This document shows positions 63,334-64,000 of a stretch of 64,000 nt of DNA, piece after piece. The translations under genes were made by a program, and so were the position numbers. The notes under the pieces are model-generated. The model saw only the letters and a list, made by a program, of their open reading frames with translations. It did not search any database and had not been told where the DNA came from. The stretch spans positions 982,925-1,046,924 of the forward strand of contig BCIN01000004.1 in NCBI GenBank assembly GCA_039545335.1, given 5' to 3'. Within the stretch, counting starts at the first letter, position 1. Every line of letters begins with the position of its first letter. The DNA comes from Kondoa subrosea (Eukaryota).

Positions 63334-63749
63334 ATCCGCAAACTCGGATTACAGGAGAGGAAGGAAGCTATTTGTTATATTTGTGCGATCTCGAGTGGTC
63401 GGTTTCGCAGGTCTTCTGGCCCGTTTCTCTTCTGCCAGCTCATTCTAGTTGGCGGCATCTACCAGCTGTGACAATTACGCCATCGTCAGACTCTTCGTCA
63501 AGTATCGACAATTGTGCAGGGAACGGAAAGTGCGTTGACGAATTATCACCTTACTCTCGACATCTGCCCGGCATCGTGGTACGAATTTCGGAGCCTGTAT
63601 ATGTGCAGGGCAGTAGATACAGAAGGACATTAAACGAATGAATGCAGACCAAATGATAAATGCAATGTGCAGTTGATAAAAAAAATGTGTGCTATGTGGT
63701 GTTCCCCTTTTATGCAAGAGTCCATGTCAACCTAACCTAACCCAAAACC

Positions 63750-64000
63750 CTAGTTGATGAAATCACATCGTATCGTCCCATCGCATTCCGGATATATAGG
63801 CTTCAGAATAGTTGGGAAGTAATACTTCAGCGGAACAATCAGCTCGAAAATACACTGAGCAGTTAGGACGGAAGAACTCACAATATCGACCGATCTAAAA
63901 GCTCCTTTCGCCACCCGTTGAGCACCACCTCTGATGATCACATTCCTTGCCAAATTGCTATTGAAAGAGCCAACGAAAGTATCGACGTATTTAGCCATCA
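63750..64000 (-). CDS. 3' end of a gene entering from beyond the window; possible fucosyltransferase-like (GT23/O-FucT) C-terminal motif
   Basis: Open frame to a stop at 63750. VDTFVGSFNSNLAR resembles the DxxVxTFSSxxxR nucleotide-sugar-binding motif. Confidence 0.4.
   Translation of the reverse strand, partial: MAKYVDTFVGSFNSNLARNVIIRGGAQRVAKGAFRSVDIVSSSVLTAQCIFELIVPLKYYFPTILKPIYPECDGTIRCDFIN

Noticed and set aside
63730..63753. Telomere-like CCTAACCTAACCCAAAACCCTA
   Set aside because: Too short and degenerate, and it sits at the stop codon/3' UTR of a gene.

Overview
Eukaryotic, intron-dense fungal genomic DNA. Short (about 50-70 nt) GT-AG introns with CTRAY-like branch sites and the gene content suggest a basidiomycete yeast, possibly Pucciniomycotina (inference). 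About 22 spliced protein genes are present: a J-domain/ankyrin/UBA protein, ER Hsp90 (GRP94-like, HDEL), two paralogous F-box-like genes flanking a beta-lactamase-family hydrolase, a MYND finger protein, Nup120/160, an Rds1-like ferritin-fold protein, aspartyl aminopeptidase, pyroglutamyl peptidase, an ABCC transporter, glutamine synthetase, NCR1/NPC1, Argonaute, a signal-peptide-bearing DHH exopolyphosphatase, a multi-zinc-finger protein, an orphan 17-aa-repeat protein, DUF3140, 6-phosphogluconate dehydrogenase, CIA2 and others. The main finding is a complete tRNA-Ile(AAU) gene (54102-54260) interrupted twice: by a normal 16-nt anticodon-loop intron and by a 69-nt insertion in the D-stem whose ends are exactly GTGAGT...CAG, i.e. 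an apparent spliceosomal intron in a tRNA. Also notable are consecutive 2-nt and 1-nt microexons needed to rebuild GND1, and a 2-nt microexon in GLN1. Gene spans run start to stop across introns, were assembled by eye, and some ends are approximate.
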